Positions 1-9,606 of a stretch of DNA of 64,000 bases are shown one piece after another. How positions within the stretch are numbered: position 1 is the first letter of the stretch; each line of letters begins with the position of its first letter. Origin of the DNA: an uncultured archaeon (GTDB lineage: Archaea; Asgardarchaeota; Heimdallarchaeia; Heimdallarchaeales; Kariarchaeaceae). The translations under genes and the position numbers were made by a program. Under the pieces are notes generated by a model, which made no database searches, was not told the DNA's origin, and saw nothing but the letters and a program-made list of their open reading frames with translations. The stretch is taken from assembly GCA_964645535.1 (NCBI GenBank), contig CAZYCQ010000001.1, positions 1 to 64,000 of the forward strand. Direction: 5' to 3'.

Positions 1-666
1 TTATGGTTCTTTGGGTGGATGTTTGGTACTGGTCAGCAATCTTCATTTCAGTGGCTGGATCCGTAAAGATTAAGGCGGTCATGGCTACAAAGGCTAGGTC
101 GAACCTTTGGTCGGAGCTATCTAAGCCTTCCCAGTCGATGATACTGAGGGTGTTATTTTCGACGATGATATTGTTGGGGATTGAGGGCAGGTTCGTGTTC
201 TTGAACTGACTTTGCGTCTTTTTTGATTCAATCAGCCATTTCATTGAACCCATATCTCTTTTCCTCTTTACTGATTTTCTGCGTCATTTTCATTATTGAA
301 GTTAATTTTCCTTTGGAGAAGAGGGGTTTCCAGTCGAGGCTGTGGATTCTGAACAAGTTTTCTACATAATCCTCTATGAGAAATGGATTTGGTTGAAGGA
401 TTTTGCCTAGCAATGATCCTTCAATGGCAAGAAAAGAATCATTTTTGAATTTCTGGACTTGCAGTGGTTGTGGAACGGGTATTTGTGCCTCATGTAGCTT
501 TTTGAGAATGCTGAATTCGTATTCTGCGAGGTCAGGTTTTCCGAGAAAGGCATGGATCAAAACCGGCTGTTGCTCATTGAGTTGGACTTTGTAGATTTAG
601 GCATGGTGCTGTGTGGAATCTGGGTAATGCAACAGGGGTTGAGTGTTTGCCGATGAGATCCTCCAT
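1..666 (-). pseudogene. Decayed aminoglycoside phosphotransferase/choline kinase (APH) family gene, runs off window start
   Basis: Fragments read IYKVQL..AEYEFSILKKLHEAQIPVPQP..L.RIHSLDW and, in a shifted frame, PNNIIVENNTLSIIDWEG..SDQRFDLA. In-frame TAA at 597-599, TGA at 228-230, and a frameshift near 180 exactly where the HGD catalytic motif should be. Confidence 0.75.
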
Positions 667-740
667 GCATTATCTAGGTTCTACGGAATAAAAGGATGAG
701 CCAACTAGAAGGTGTAATTTTAGGAGGTTGTTTGATTGGT

Positions 741-1316
741 TCATGTCCCCAGCAGAATAAGTATTCCAGCGATAAAGAAGAGGGCAGCTGCAAGATACTT
801 GAGGAAATTTTCAGGAAGTTTTTTCAGTAAGGTCTCACCTATAAGGGCGGTAGTGAAGAGAATGGTTGCCATTCCCAGAGCTGCACCAAGAAAGACTGCC
901 AGGAGATCCCCTTTAAGAGCCTGTCCGACAACGAACAGTTGGCTTTTGTCTCCGAGTTCGGCAAGGGCTACGAGCGAGACAGCAGATAGGAAGGGATGTC
1001 GGATTTGTTTTTCTTCCGGGTAATCCTCCTCTTCTTCTTTGGAAATGGCTTCCTTGAGGGAAAGAACCCCCAAAATGATGAAGACAATACCTGAGACAAG
1101 GGGAATGAGATTGGAATCAATGAATTCAGATAGCAGGATTGCGGCAATTAATCCCAGCACAGTTGTGAATACAATGCCAATTGTTGCGCCGAGGGCAACA
1201 CGGAACGGTTTTCTGGATTTTGTCATGATCGAGAGTGCAACAAGCTGGGTCTTGTCACCGAATTCGGCAATGAGCATGAGGAGGTAGGTGGTAGCAAAAG
1301 TGCTCAGGAACATCAA
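741..1316 (-). CDS. TMEM165/GDT1 (UPF0016) family Ca2+/Mn2+:H+ antiporter
   Basis: Two copies of the family motif (EFGDKTQ, ELGDKSQ), 6 TM helices, acidic central loop. Confidence 0.93.
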   Translation of the reverse strand: MMFLSTFATTYLLMLIAEFGDKTQLVALSIMTKSRKPFRVALGATIGIVFTTVLGLIAAILLSEFIDSNLIPLVSGIVFIILGVLSLKEAISKEEEEDYPEEKQIRHPFLSAVSLVALAELGDKSQLFVVGQALKGDLLAVFLGAALGMATILFTTALIGETLLKKLPENFLKYLAAALFFIAGILILLGT

Positions 1317-1409
1317 GTTGGGTACCTTATATCCGATAAAAAAAGTACGGCTTGTGATTCAGGATCATTTCTTGGCAACCTTGAAATAATCCCGATTTCC
1401 TATTGATTC

Positions 1410-2018
1410 ATGCGGAGATCGGAGTTTTTCTCTGACGATGAGGATGAGTTCCGTGAGATCGTTGGACGTGCCCATGTTGGTCATTTGGGATTAATTGATG
1501 TTAAAGGGTATCCAAGAATTGTTCCATTGAATTTTGTGGCAATCGGGCGGGACATCTATTTTCATGGTGCACAGGAAGGGGAAAAATTTGATTTGCTGAA
1601 GGAATCACCCAAGGCAAGTTTTTCGGTGGATTTGCCGTTTGCATTTATTCCCTCGTATTGGCAGAGCAAACGTTCGGCTGAACCGACCAGTGTTTTCTTC
1701 AAATCCCTCCATATCAGGGGGAGAGGAGAGGTCGTGAATGATTTGACGGAGAAGGCACATGCTTTGCAGGCAATGATGGAGAAATACCAGCCGGAAGGTG
1801 GATATGAAAGAATAGAGGTGTCAAACCCCATTTATCGAAAACCGCTTGAACGGGTAGGTGTGTTCAGAATTGTTACAGAGGAACTGACGATGAAAATTAA
1901 ATTCGGGCAGAACATGGATGCCCGAAAAATCGGTAGGATCATTGAAGGGCTGCGTGAGCGTAATCTACCTATGGACTTGGAGACAATCAAGAATATTCTC
2001 AAGTATCGAAAAAGTTGA
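1410..2018 (+). CDS. Pyridoxamine 5'-phosphate oxidase-like / NimA-family flavin-binding protein
   Basis: GHLGL..GYPRIVPLNFV...IYFHGAQEGEK, FKSLHIRG, EKAHALQAMMEKYQPEG pattern. Confidence 0.85.
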   Translation: MRRSEFFSDDEDEFREIVGRAHVGHLGLIDVKGYPRIVPLNFVAIGRDIYFHGAQEGEKFDLLKESPKASFSVDLPFAFIPSYWQSKRSAEPTSVFFKSLHIRGRGEVVNDLTEKAHALQAMMEKYQPEGGYERIEVSNPIYRKPLERVGVFRIVTEELTMKIKFGQNMDARKIGRIIEGLRERNLPMDLETIKNILKYRKS

Positions 2019-3150
2019 TGACAGTATCTTTAAGGATTTGGACAGTGGGAACAAGTGAAGGGATATGCAGACGTTCGTCCATGCTATGCAGGTCGGATCC
2101 CTTGGGACCGAAGACAGCAGTTGGGATTTTGGCCATTCCCATAAAGATGTTCGCATCAGTGATCATTTTTTCATAGGAGAATTTTGGGAGACGATTGAGG
2201 GTATTTTGGTAGGCATTTTCCAAAGATTGGATGAGGGGATGGGATCTTTCGATTTTGTATGGATAGTAGAAGGGTGGAATGATATCGATCTTCACAGTTG
2301 ACATGAGGTTCAAGGAATTGATCATTGATTTAAGGTCATCAACAACGGATTTCTTTGTTTCATTGGGGAGTGTCAATCTATTGAGAATAATGGTGCACCG
2401 ATCAGGGACATTGACATTATAGACTTTGTAGCCTCCTTCAATTTTGAGTGTACAGAATGATGCAGAACCGAAGTTTGGATCCAAGGAGAAGGTAAATTCC
2501 ATTTTTCCAGCCATTGCATCCTCTATGGCAGTCACGATTCTGGCAGCATCAGTGATGGCATTGACACCTTCATGAGGACGAAAGGCGTGAGCACTTTTTC
2601 CATGGACTTCGATGTTGTAGAGAACTTTGCCAGTCATTCCGAGGATAATGGATTCATCAAAGAAAGGTTCAGCAATAAGGATGGCATCCACATTTTTCCA
2701 TTGGGGGTTGCGTATGAGTGCTTTTGCGCCTGCTCCATGCCCTTCCTCATCGAACACAAAAGAGACGGCAAGAGTGCCTTTCAAGTCGAGTTCAATCAGT
2801 TGGTCAACTGCTTCGAGGATACAGGCAATACCTCCTTTCATGTCTGCAACACCAAGGCCATAAATCCATTCTTTTTCGACTCTTGTCTTGAAAGGTTGTT
2901 TCATCCCCTCTGATGGTTCCACAGTGTCCAGATGACCATTGAGCATCATGGTTTTTCCGTTTTCAGAGAATTTGAAAATCCCATACAGATTTGCCCTCTT
3001 GCCAAGTTGTACAAGTTCAGTCTGTAGACCCATGCTTTCGAGTTTTTCCTTTAGGAAGACCGCAAGATCCAGTTCCTTTCCTATCCGAGAATCTATGGAA
3101 ACCATTTCCCTGATCATTTTTAGAATCCGGGATTGATTGGGGTATGCCAT
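1999..3150 (-). CDS. M20 family metallopeptidase (ArgE/DapE-like)
   Basis: NGHLDTV, GLGVADMKGG, DEE, AEP, GKSAHA and terminal H..DE motifs. Start moved to ATG 3150 (MAYPNQ); the longer ORF overlaps the upstream gene. Confidence 0.9.
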   Translation of the reverse strand: MAYPNQSRILKMIREMVSIDSRIGKELDLAVFLKEKLESMGLQTELVQLGKRANLYGIFKFSENGKTMMLNGHLDTVEPSEGMKQPFKTRVEKEWIYGLGVADMKGGIACILEAVDQLIELDLKGTLAVSFVFDEEGHGAGAKALIRNPQWKNVDAILIAEPFFDESIILGMTGKVLYNIEVHGKSAHAFRPHEGVNAITDAARIVTAIEDAMAGKMEFTFSLDPNFGSASFCTLKIEGGYKVYNVNVPDRCTIILNRLTLPNETKKSVVDDLKSMINSLNLMSTVKIDIIPPFYYPYKIERSHPLIQSLENAYQNTLNRLPKFSYEKMITDANIFMGMAKIPTAVFGPKGSDLHSMDERLHIPSLVPTVQILKDTVINFFDT

Positions 3151-3191
3151 AGGCAAGGTATAGGCAAGGCAACAATAAAAATCTGCGGGAT

Positions 3192-4310
3192 TTATTTTGG
3201 ATAGAGAGATTCGATGACTTCGGTTTTTCTCCTTCTCCATATTTTCCTCAGATAAAGAATGGAAGTGAGGAAGATTGCAGATAGGAGAGCAGATGAGGAA
3301 ACCACTACTGTTGGATCGTCTAAAGGTGAGACCGGTTGAACTGAGGGGCATTCGCCTTGGAATGGTTTAGCTTTTCTCATCGATTCAAGGTCGAGAGGGA
3401 GATTGGATGCGATAATTTCAACTTGATCCTGAACAAGTTTGATTGAAAGAGGATAGGTTTCGACAAGAACCTGTGCGTTGACAAAGAAGGTTAGGTTCAG
3501 GATTGCTGCGTTGCCGATTGTGAGGTTGAAATTCAATAGGCTGACGCTGTCAAAGGAGAGCTGGGTCGATGCACCAGGGGGAACGCAATGATCTGTCCCA
3601 AGGAACGGAAAGGAGTGCTCTTGTTCAATCTCCAAGGTTTCAGAAGAGAAATTGATATAACCGAGGGTTGGGGAGAATGTCCTGAGAACCAGAATACCAG
3701 GTTCACTATTATACACTCTGATTGTACTTGCAAAGGTCAAATGGGTAATAGGAATCAGGTTATAGCTTTGGATGATTGAGATGGTTGAAAATCTGAAATG
3801 AAGTGGTCTCTCTGGAGAGAGGGGGGAAACTCCCCAATTAAGGGGAGGATCTATCGAAAAATGGGATTCTTGAGTTTCACCAGGGTTTAGAGGATTGAAT
3901 CTCTCAAATTCAGCATTGTAGATTTCTCCGGCAGGCGCAGAGCTAATGACAAACTGCAAAGAGAGGGTGGAAAGAGGTTCAACCAATTCAAAGGCGAGGG
4001 AAAGGTTGAATTCGTGGATTCCGTTGCCAAGGATGATTGTATCGGGATAGCAGGCTTCAAATGATTCAGGGGGAGTGATACGTATAGCTACAGAGCAGGT
4101 TTGATTTCCGGAAAGAAGACTATAGGTTTGATGAACTTCGTTCCAAATTTCAAATCTAATTGTCATGAATACTTTGTTCTGTCCTTTTGAATCGATTTCG
4201 GCGGATTGGATTGAGGTATCTAGAACCGCAAAAGCAAGGGGAGTCTGGCCGCTAGTGGATGACGGAAAAATCAGGAGGATGAGGAAAAGCCCGATAAGGG
4301 AGTTCCGCAT
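3192..4310 (-). CDS. Secreted beta-rich protein with C-terminal membrane anchor, unknown function
   Basis: Signal peptide MRNSLIGLFLILLIFPSSTSG|Q from ATG 4310; C-terminal hydrophobic helix followed by RKIWRRRK. Confidence 0.7.
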   Translation of the reverse strand: MRNSLIGLFLILLIFPSSTSGQTPLAFAVLDTSIQSAEIDSKGQNKVFMTIRFEIWNEVHQTYSLLSGNQTCSVAIRITPPESFEACYPDTIILGNGIHEFNLSLAFELVEPLSTLSLQFVISSAPAGEIYNAEFERFNPLNPGETQESHFSIDPPLNWGVSPLSPERPLHFRFSTISIIQSYNLIPITHLTFASTIRVYNSEPGILVLRTFSPTLGYINFSSETLEIEQEHSFPFLGTDHCVPPGASTQLSFDSVSLLNFNLTIGNAAILNLTFFVNAQVLVETYPLSIKLVQDQVEIIASNLPLDLESMRKAKPFQGECPSVQPVSPLDDPTVVVSSSALLSAIFLTSILYLRKIWRRRKTEVIESLYPK

Positions 4311-4357
4311 AACTTTATGTCTATTGTTGATCTTAAAAGTATTCGGAGAAGAGAAAA

Positions 4358-5122
4358 TTAATGGGGAAGCTGCAGGGAATATCGACTCCGTAAATGTGTA
4401 CTGATATGGAGTTTTCTGAGATTGGGAAGGGTAAACACACATGCCAAGGATTCATCAAGGGGATTGTCGGTTAGATCCAGTTCTTCAAGTCCCAATAACA
4501 TTTTGAAAGTCGGGGGGAGTCTTTGAATTTTGTTCTTGTTCAATTTGAGAACCTTCAATTCCCTTAGCATGGAAATTTTGGGATGGATATGAGAAATCCG
4601 ATTTTGGGACAGGATCAACGTCTGAAGCTTTTGGTTTCTTGAAATTGTTTCTGTGACAACAGTCAGAAAGTTGTTGGAGAGATCCAAGTACCTTAGGTTC
4701 TGTAGGTTTGTCAAGAAGGGAGGATAGGAAGTGAGCCGATTGTTCGGCAAGAAAAGGAATTCAAGTGAAGTGAGGTTTGAGTAATGTGGAGGAAAATCAT
4801 GGAATTTAAGGTTCTGGATTGAAAGGGTGGAAAGGTTTTTCAGACCTTTCAATGCGGGAGGTTCATCAGTTGAGACCATGATTGTTTCAAGGTTTTTCAA
4901 CTCCTGTATGGTTTTCGGGATGTAGTTGAGATGCTTGTCAATGGAGAGCCCAACTAGCTTTCCTTCGTGTGCCATAATGTTCAGGTTTAGAACAGAGGCA
5001 CCTTCAATGAGGCGGAGTTCTCCCAAAAGGATTTCCAAGATTTCCCATTCTTCAGCGTTCAACCTGTTTTGATAGTAAGAGACGGGAACTGAAGAGGATT
5101 GGAACATCATCATTCCTTCCAT
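4358..5122 (-). CDS. Leucine-rich repeat protein
   Basis: Repeated LxxLxLxxNxL units (LEFLFLPNNRL, LRYLDLSNNFL, LQTLILSQNRI, LKVLKLNKNKI, LEELDLTDNPL). Confidence 0.9.
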   Translation of the reverse strand: MEGMMMFQSSSVPVSYYQNRLNAEEWEILEILLGELRLIEGASVLNLNIMAHEGKLVGLSIDKHLNYIPKTIQELKNLETIMVSTDEPPALKGLKNLSTLSIQNLKFHDFPPHYSNLTSLEFLFLPNNRLTSYPPFLTNLQNLRYLDLSNNFLTVVTETISRNQKLQTLILSQNRISHIHPKISMLRELKVLKLNKNKIQRLPPTFKMLLGLEELDLTDNPLDESLACVFTLPNLRKLHISTHLRSRYSLQLPH

Positions 5123-5220
5123 TTGGTGAAATAAATGTTTTTGGGTTTCAGAGTCTGAAATGCTATTTTATGACCAATCCAGCACTTTTGGTATGATAGA
5201 CGGAGTATCAGAGATGATAA

Positions 5221-5865
5221 TCAATCGACAACAATGAAATCATCATCCGTATCATCTTCCGACTTGTCAGTCCCATTTGGAGCCATGGATTTGGAATCTT
5301 TCAGAGAAGAAATGATGTTTTTTCCGATATTGACGATATCATCTATTGTATATGATTTCCCAGTGGTTTTGTTGATGAAGCCCAAGAGCTTGTTGGTCAG
5401 GGTTGTTGCTCCGGAAAGACCTACCGCGATTTTTTGCAGTTGAGAGGGGGAGAAGCCCCTTCCGATGACAAAAGATTTCCCTCCTTTTGTAGTGATCATG
5501 AGATAGGGTTGATGAGCATTTGGAAACAGAGGAGAACGAACCTCAACAAGATCAACATTTTTGATGGCATCAAACTTTATTGACCGTTTTAATGGGATCC
5601 ATCCAAATCCTAGGACAGGAGTTTCCCTGAATTCGATGGCGGTTTCAGTCACCTTGATGTAATTCTTGTGCAAGGTAAGTTCTCCATAGAGTTTGCCAAA
5701 ACCATAGGTCAAAAGAATTGTTCCCAATATTATGGAAAGGATGTCAGTATTGTCAAATCCATTTGAAAGAAACACAGTAATAAAGAAAAAAAAAAAAAAA
5801 AGGATTGAGGTTACTGGAATAAGGAGCTGTTTTTGTGGATGATCCGGATGCCAGATTTTTTCCAT
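5221..5865 (-). CDS. Two-TM membrane protein with PH-like beta domain and acidic tail
   Basis: Two N-terminal TM helices, then YIKVTETAIEF..SIKFDAIKNV..YLMITTKGGKSFVI, typical of bacterial-type PH domains. Confidence 0.6.
   Translation of the reverse strand: MEKIWHPDHPQKQLLIPVTSILFFFFFFITVFLSNGFDNTDILSIILGTILLTYGFGKLYGELTLHKNYIKVTETAIEFRETPVLGFGWIPLKRSIKFDAIKNVDLVEVRSPLFPNAHQPYLMITTKGGKSFVIGRGFSPSQLQKIAVGLSGATTLTNKLLGFINKTTGKSYTIDDIVNIGKNIISSLKDSKSMAPNGTDKSEDDTDDDFIVVD
5786..5801. repeat. A16 homopolymer inside CDS (poly-Phe codons on minus strand)
   Basis: 16 consecutive A read directly from the sequence. Confidence 0.9.
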
Positions 5866-5993
5866 AATAAGATTTCAATTCTGGCCTATTTAAGATAATG
5901 CAGTATGGTAAGTTTCATGTGGGAAATTTGTCTTCAAAATGGATGATGTGGCTCCGATTGATTTAATAACGAGATTACGGATTCATAGTTGGA

Positions 5994-6737
5994 ATGACAA
6001 AAGAAGATGTAAACAATGCACTTCAAAAGTTGAAGCTGGATTTTCAATCTTTGGAAAGTCAAGCAAATGATTTTGTTTCCCGATATAAAATAGAGATCGA
6101 GAGGTTTGAAGAAGACCTCAAAGCCCTCTGGGAAAATATGGAAACCGCCCAATCAGAATTGGCTGCAAACAATGAAAAGATCCGGGAACTGACACAGAAA
6201 TCAAACGAACTGCAAAAGCAACGGGATGAGCTTTCCACTCGTCTCGCAAAATTACAGGAGCTAAGTCAGACCCTGAAGGCGGAAGTAGACAAAAAGAATT
6301 CGGAAAAGGAAAACCTTGAGAGAGAGGTGATGGAATTGGAGAGGGAAAGGGGATTGTTGGAGAACGACAAAACCAAACTCCAGTCCGACCTTGATAAGGC
6401 TTCGGCAGATCTGTTGGCGGCAGAAGATGAACACAAGGCACGAGTCAAGGGAATTGCCGATGAACTCCAAGCAACCGAAGAGAAAATCAGTCGTATGGAG
6501 ACCCAATATAAGGTCTTGGGAGTCCTGTTGCGAGATGGCTATGTCAAACACCCCAGTTATGAGGTTCTGAAAACACTTGCAGAAGGAAAGGTCAGCAACA
6601 GCAAACAGTTGGCCATGGCCAGTGGTGTAGCTCAAAACACTGTTGATGGTGTCCTGATGTCGTTGCATGATCGTGGCATAATAGCTTTTGAAAGACCTAC
6701 TGGTAATTTTGAAATCAAGAGGAGGTTGGTCATCTAA
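5994..6737 (+). CDS. Long coiled-coil protein with C-terminal winged helix
   Basis: About 175 aa heptad-rich helix, then YEVLKTL..SKQLAMASGVAQNTVDGVLMSLHDRGIIAF (wH). Confidence 0.75.
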   Translation: MTKEDVNNALQKLKLDFQSLESQANDFVSRYKIEIERFEEDLKALWENMETAQSELAANNEKIRELTQKSNELQKQRDELSTRLAKLQELSQTLKAEVDKKNSEKENLEREVMELERERGLLENDKTKLQSDLDKASADLLAAEDEHKARVKGIADELQATEEKISRMETQYKVLGVLLRDGYVKHPSYEVLKTLAEGKVSNSKQLAMASGVAQNTVDGVLMSLHDRGIIAFERPTGNFEIKRRLVI

Positions 6738-7474
6738 TGGATGTCATGAACTTGCGAAATCAATTGGAAAGTCAGGAACAGAGATTCAATGAAAACATCA
6801 CAAGCATGAAAGGTCTGCTGGAAGTGCTTGATCAGAAGTTAAAGGAGGTAAAGGGGGAAGATGAGGAACTTTCCTTGAAACTTCAAAGATCCAAGGAGCA
6901 AATTGAAAGTTTGGAAAATACCATTTCGAAACTGACCAATGAGGTCAATGAATTGGAAAGCAAGATTAACAACCAGCAGGAAATTCAAAATCAGCAGGAA
7001 GAAACCCTTTCAAAACTTCGAACCACCATTGATGACTTGGAAACACGCAAAGCCAACCACCAAAATGCAATAACGGCATTAAAGGCTGAAATTACCACCA
7101 TGAAACAGCAATTGGATCAAAAACGTACTGCACGCGAAACTCTACTTGCAAATCTCGACAAAGAAGTAGAAGAGGTAACTGCCAAGTTGGAAGAGGCCAA
7201 AAAGAAATTGGAATCTTTGGCAGAAGAATACTCCGGGATGGACTATTTGATGAACAGCGACTTGATGCAAACTCCAGAAGTTGAGATTTTGGCTATCATC
7301 GCAGCTCAAAGACCTGTGTCGAGTGAATCCATTAAAGACCAGGTGAAAAGCGTTTCTGCTGTTTTAGTAACGCGAACCATCACCAAACTTGAAGCTGATG
7401 GAATGATTGTATCAAAGGACGGGTTATGGGATCTTTCAGATGATTTGATTAAGAAAATCGGGCAACAATCGTAG
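6737..7474 (+). CDS. Long coiled-coil protein with C-terminal winged helix (paralogue of upstream gene)
   Basis: TAATG stop/start overlap; coiled coil then VEILAIIAAQRPVSSESIK..VTRTITKLEADGMIV..GLW. Confidence 0.75.
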   Translation: MDVMNLRNQLESQEQRFNENITSMKGLLEVLDQKLKEVKGEDEELSLKLQRSKEQIESLENTISKLTNEVNELESKINNQQEIQNQQEETLSKLRTTIDDLETRKANHQNAITALKAEITTMKQQLDQKRTARETLLANLDKEVEEVTAKLEEAKKKLESLAEEYSGMDYLMNSDLMQTPEVEILAIIAAQRPVSSESIKDQVKSVSAVLVTRTITKLEADGMIVSKDGLWDLSDDLIKKIGQQS

Positions 7475-7493
7475 ATCGAAGATGCTATAAGTA

Positions 7494-7685
7494 ATGAAAG
7501 TGATAGAACAAACTGTGAAAAAGTGCCATATCTGTACCAAGATGGATGAGAATGTGACAGTGGAAATCCCATTGACTACTGGAGAAATGGTGATGGTTCA
7601 TCCAGATTGCCTTGAAGATCTATTCAGTAGAATGTTGCCGATGAGATCATGCAATGGTTGCACAGGTGACGCGGGATGTTGCTAA
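7494..7685 (+). CDS. Small Cys-rich metal-binding protein
   Basis: CHIC...HPDC plus C-terminal CNGC..GCC; fills the gap in a co-directional cluster. Confidence 0.6.
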   Translation: MKVIEQTVKKCHICTKMDENVTVEIPLTTGEMVMVHPDCLEDLFSRMLPMRSCNGCTGDAGCC

Positions 7686-7740
7686 CTAATCCGTTATTGA
7701 GTCAATTGATTTAAAGGCGGAAAAACTAAGACAGAAAATA

Positions 7741-8124
7741 GTGTCCGAAAGCAAAACTTGCCTATCCTGCTCTGCCCAAATACCTGCAAGAGCAAGATTC
7801 TGTTCCCATTGTGGAGAACCAGTGGTGGATGACCCCGCGTTGAAAAATAGATGTCCGAAATGCAAAAGGGTCTTGAAACCTGAAGCAAAATTCTGTCCAT
7901 CATGTGGAACTAGAATCAAATCAGCAGGTTTTGCAAAGATGCGGCACCTGTATGCACCTGAAGGCGAACGTCACAAATGTACCATTTGTGCACAGGAAAT
8001 AGATATTGACCTGATTTTTTGCCCTTCCTGCGTCAATCCGTTTCATTATTCCCATTTGGTTAATTGGTTGCTGAAAGAGAAAAAGTGCCCAGTTTGTCGA
8101 ACAAAGCTAGAATTTATTGACTGA
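7741..8124 (+). CDS. Double zinc ribbon + RING-finger protein (putative E3 ligase)
   Basis: CLSC/FCSHCG/CPKC/FCPSCG double zinc ribbon; C-terminal CTIC-x10-CPSC-x4-HYSH-LVNW-x6-CPVC. GTG start. Confidence 0.85.
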   Translation: MSESKTCLSCSAQIPARARFCSHCGEPVVDDPALKNRCPKCKRVLKPEAKFCPSCGTRIKSAGFAKMRHLYAPEGERHKCTICAQEIDIDLIFCPSCVNPFHYSHLVNWLLKEKKCPVCRTKLEFID

Positions 8125-9484
8125 AGACCTTTCCGAGCATCATCTTGGAGAGGCTCTCAATTCCTTCCGCAAGAATCGGGTGTCCATAGACCATATTGGC
8201 CAATTCTTTCCAACCCAATCCATTATCCATCGCCAAGATGACCATCTGTAGAAGGCTAGCAGTTCTTATACCCCAAAGGTGGACACCGAGAATTTCGTTT
8301 GACCCTTTGAGACCGATTCCTTTCAGGAAACCTGTCCAATCACCAACAATCATGGATTTGCCAAGCCATTTGTTGTAGAATTTAACCACAACAACGTTTT
8401 CTTCCCCATATTTTTCTTTCGCCTCCTTTTCGGTTAGGCCCGTGGAAGCCAATTCAGGATGGGTAAATGTCAATCGAGGAATATGTGGCATGCGCAACGG
8501 TTCCCATTGGTCAGACTTTGTCTTGTTTTTCTTCAGGTTATTTAGGACAACCCCTGCCTGCCATGCAGCCCAATTGGTAAACATAGGGTTTCCGGTCACA
8601 TCGCCTACCGCAAAGATATGGGGCTGGGAAGTCTGCATGAATTCGTTTATTACAACTGCCCTTCTGTTGGTTTCCACCCCTGCCGCTTCAAGGTTTAGAC
8701 CTGATGTTCTAGGGACACGTCCTGTTGCAACAAGAAGGTAATCACCTTCATATTCCCCTGCATTTGGGCCATCCTTTAGAACGACTGTATAAGTGGTCTT
8801 TCCATTTGCTTTTGATTCTCTCACTTCATCCACGAATTTTCCGGTATAGATTGAGATGCCCTGTTCCACCAAATGAGCCTTGATGGCGTCTGCCATCTCT
8901 TCATCTTCACCGGGAAGAAGATGTGGAAGTCCTTCGAAAACGGAAACCTTTACTCCAAGATTGTGAAATGCCTGACCGAATTCAAGACCAATCCGCCCAC
9001 CACCAATGATCAGCATGTGCTCTGGTAGATGATTTAGATCCAATGTGTCTTTGGAAGTCTTATAACTTACCTCCGATAAACCCTTGATAGGTGGTATTGC
9101 GGGTTCACTTCCAGTGGCAATGACAATGTAGTCAGCAGTATACTTCTCACCGTTTACTTCAATGGTATGAGAATCAACAAACTTTGCGAAACCGTTGATG
9201 ACCGTCGTTCCAACCTTTTCTCGTGCATTCCTCAATGTTCCGGAATGGATACGTTCAACGATCTTGTTCTTTAGTTCCATTGCGGTTTTGAATTCCCTTA
9301 CAGTATTCGAAACTTCCACTATAGCCTTGGTAGGAATGCATCCAGTATTAATACATGTCCCGCCGAAGTGGTGGTCAACGTCTGCTTCGACAATAGCGGT
9401 GTTCCAGCCTGCTCTTTTAAGGCCAACTGCAATTTTGCGACCAGAAGAACCGGATCCAATAGAAATAAGATCAAAATGGGTCAT
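8114..9484 (-). CDS. Class I pyridine nucleotide-disulfide oxidoreductase (dihydrolipoamide dehydrogenase-like)
   Basis: GSGSSG FAD loop, GGTCINTGCIPTK redox disulfide, GGGRIGLE, ATGR.P, AVGD, HPILAE. Confidence 0.88.
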   Translation of the reverse strand: MTHFDLISIGSGSSGRKIAVGLKRAGWNTAIVEADVDHHFGGTCINTGCIPTKAIVEVSNTVREFKTAMELKNKIVERIHSGTLRNAREKVGTTVINGFAKFVDSHTIEVNGEKYTADYIVIATGSEPAIPPIKGLSEVSYKTSKDTLDLNHLPEHMLIIGGGRIGLEFGQAFHNLGVKVSVFEGLPHLLPGEDEEMADAIKAHLVEQGISIYTGKFVDEVRESKANGKTTYTVVLKDGPNAGEYEGDYLLVATGRVPRTSGLNLEAAGVETNRRAVVINEFMQTSQPHIFAVGDVTGNPMFTNWAAWQAGVVLNNLKKNKTKSDQWEPLRMPHIPRLTFTHPELASTGLTEKEAKEKYGEENVVVVKFYNKWLGKSMIVGDWTGFLKGIGLKGSNEILGVHLWGIRTASLLQMVILAMDNGLGWKELANMVYGHPILAEGIESLSKMMLGKVFSQ

Positions 9485-9606
9485 ATTTTTATTTCAACTC
9501 CATAGAATATGTATATCCACTAACAAAATTCGTACATACTCAAAAAATATATCCTTTTAGGACATGACCTATTGATTTTTTAAGAGCAGTATAGACTGAA
9601 GGTCAT

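Noticed and set aside
228-230. TGA as selenocysteine or recoded Trp in the APH gene
   Set aside because: The gene also has a TAA and frameshifts, and TGA is an ordinary stop in many intact genes here.
3151-3351. N-terminal extension of the M20 ORF (likewise the extensions at 4311-4442, 48719-48790 and 57025-57087)
   Set aside because: They overlap neighbouring genes or promoter space and precede the first family-consistent Met.
5994-7474. ESCRT-III/CdvB or SMC assignment for the coiled-coil-wH pair
   Set aside because: No Snf7 helical-hairpin pattern, Walker motifs or hinge visible; only the generic architecture is supported.
8114-9484. Mercuric reductase (merA) or lpdA assignment
   Set aside because: No C-terminal Cys-Cys pair or metal-binding N-domain, and no 2-oxoacid dehydrogenase or glycine-cleavage genes adjacent, so left at family level.
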